This document shows, in pieces, positions 62,703-63,047 of a stretch of 63,047 bases of DNA. Source of the stretch: Catajapyx aquilonaris (Eukaryota). The position numbers and the translations under genes are program-made. The notes beneath the pieces were generated by a model that was not told where the DNA came from, searched no databases, and saw only the letters and a list, made by a program, of their open reading frames with translations. Every line of letters starts with the position of its first letter. The stretch's first letter is position 1. The stretch is taken from the NCBI GenBank assembly GCA_000934665.2, contig JYFJ02002106.1, forward strand, positions 1-63,047, read 5' to 3'.

Positions 62703-63047
62703 GTAAATGGAACAAAATGGGGGGGAAAAAAATCTGCTTGTTTGTTTGTCCTTATTTGGTAACAATAATATGGATAATATAATTAACAATACATGAATAA
62801 TTTAGTAATATGAGTAATTCCTTGAGTAATTCTGCAATAATATGGATAATTTAATAATATAATGGATAATACAAGTGTAATAATAATAACAATAATAATA
62901 ATACATTGTAAATCGCCCTACGTTATTGGTTTTATTTAAGAGCACGTTACATTATATCAAATAAGTCACTAACTGTAAACACTGAGTCACTATCTGTATC
63001 ACATGATCATATTTTTCACTTTGAGTTGACTACATTATTTTTATTAG

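Overview
Eukaryotic, intron-containing DNA from a compact, arthropod-like invertebrate genome. No prokaryotic features or CRISPR arrays are present. About 17 protein-coding genes can be reconstructed: NAT10, TRAPPC2, a GPI-type alpha carbonic anhydrase, a doublecortin-like kinase, Tim8, PEX3, arfaptin, Tim9b/Tim10B, PSTK, TAF7, PRORP, UQCRC2-like, OGG1, PAICS, PPAT, XPNPEP3 and the first exon of an FG-nucleoporin. Most are arranged as head-to-head pairs. The strongest finding is two apparent dicistronic units, each with a small Tim chaperone as the upstream cistron: Tim8-PEX3 (joined by TAAgATG, 1-nt gap) and Tim9b-PSTK (49-nt gap). Other findings are an inverted, intron-containing PAICS pseudogene 40 kb from its parent (frameshift, MITE insertion, 935-bp deletion at a microhomology), the vertebrate-like PAICS-PPAT divergent pair with an E-box cluster, a tRNA-derived SINE with a target-site duplication, several MITEs, a minisatellite built from RFX X-boxes, and a recurrent GC(T/G)GCTAC promoter motif. 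Exon boundaries were read by eye and gene names come from recognised motifs, not database searches.
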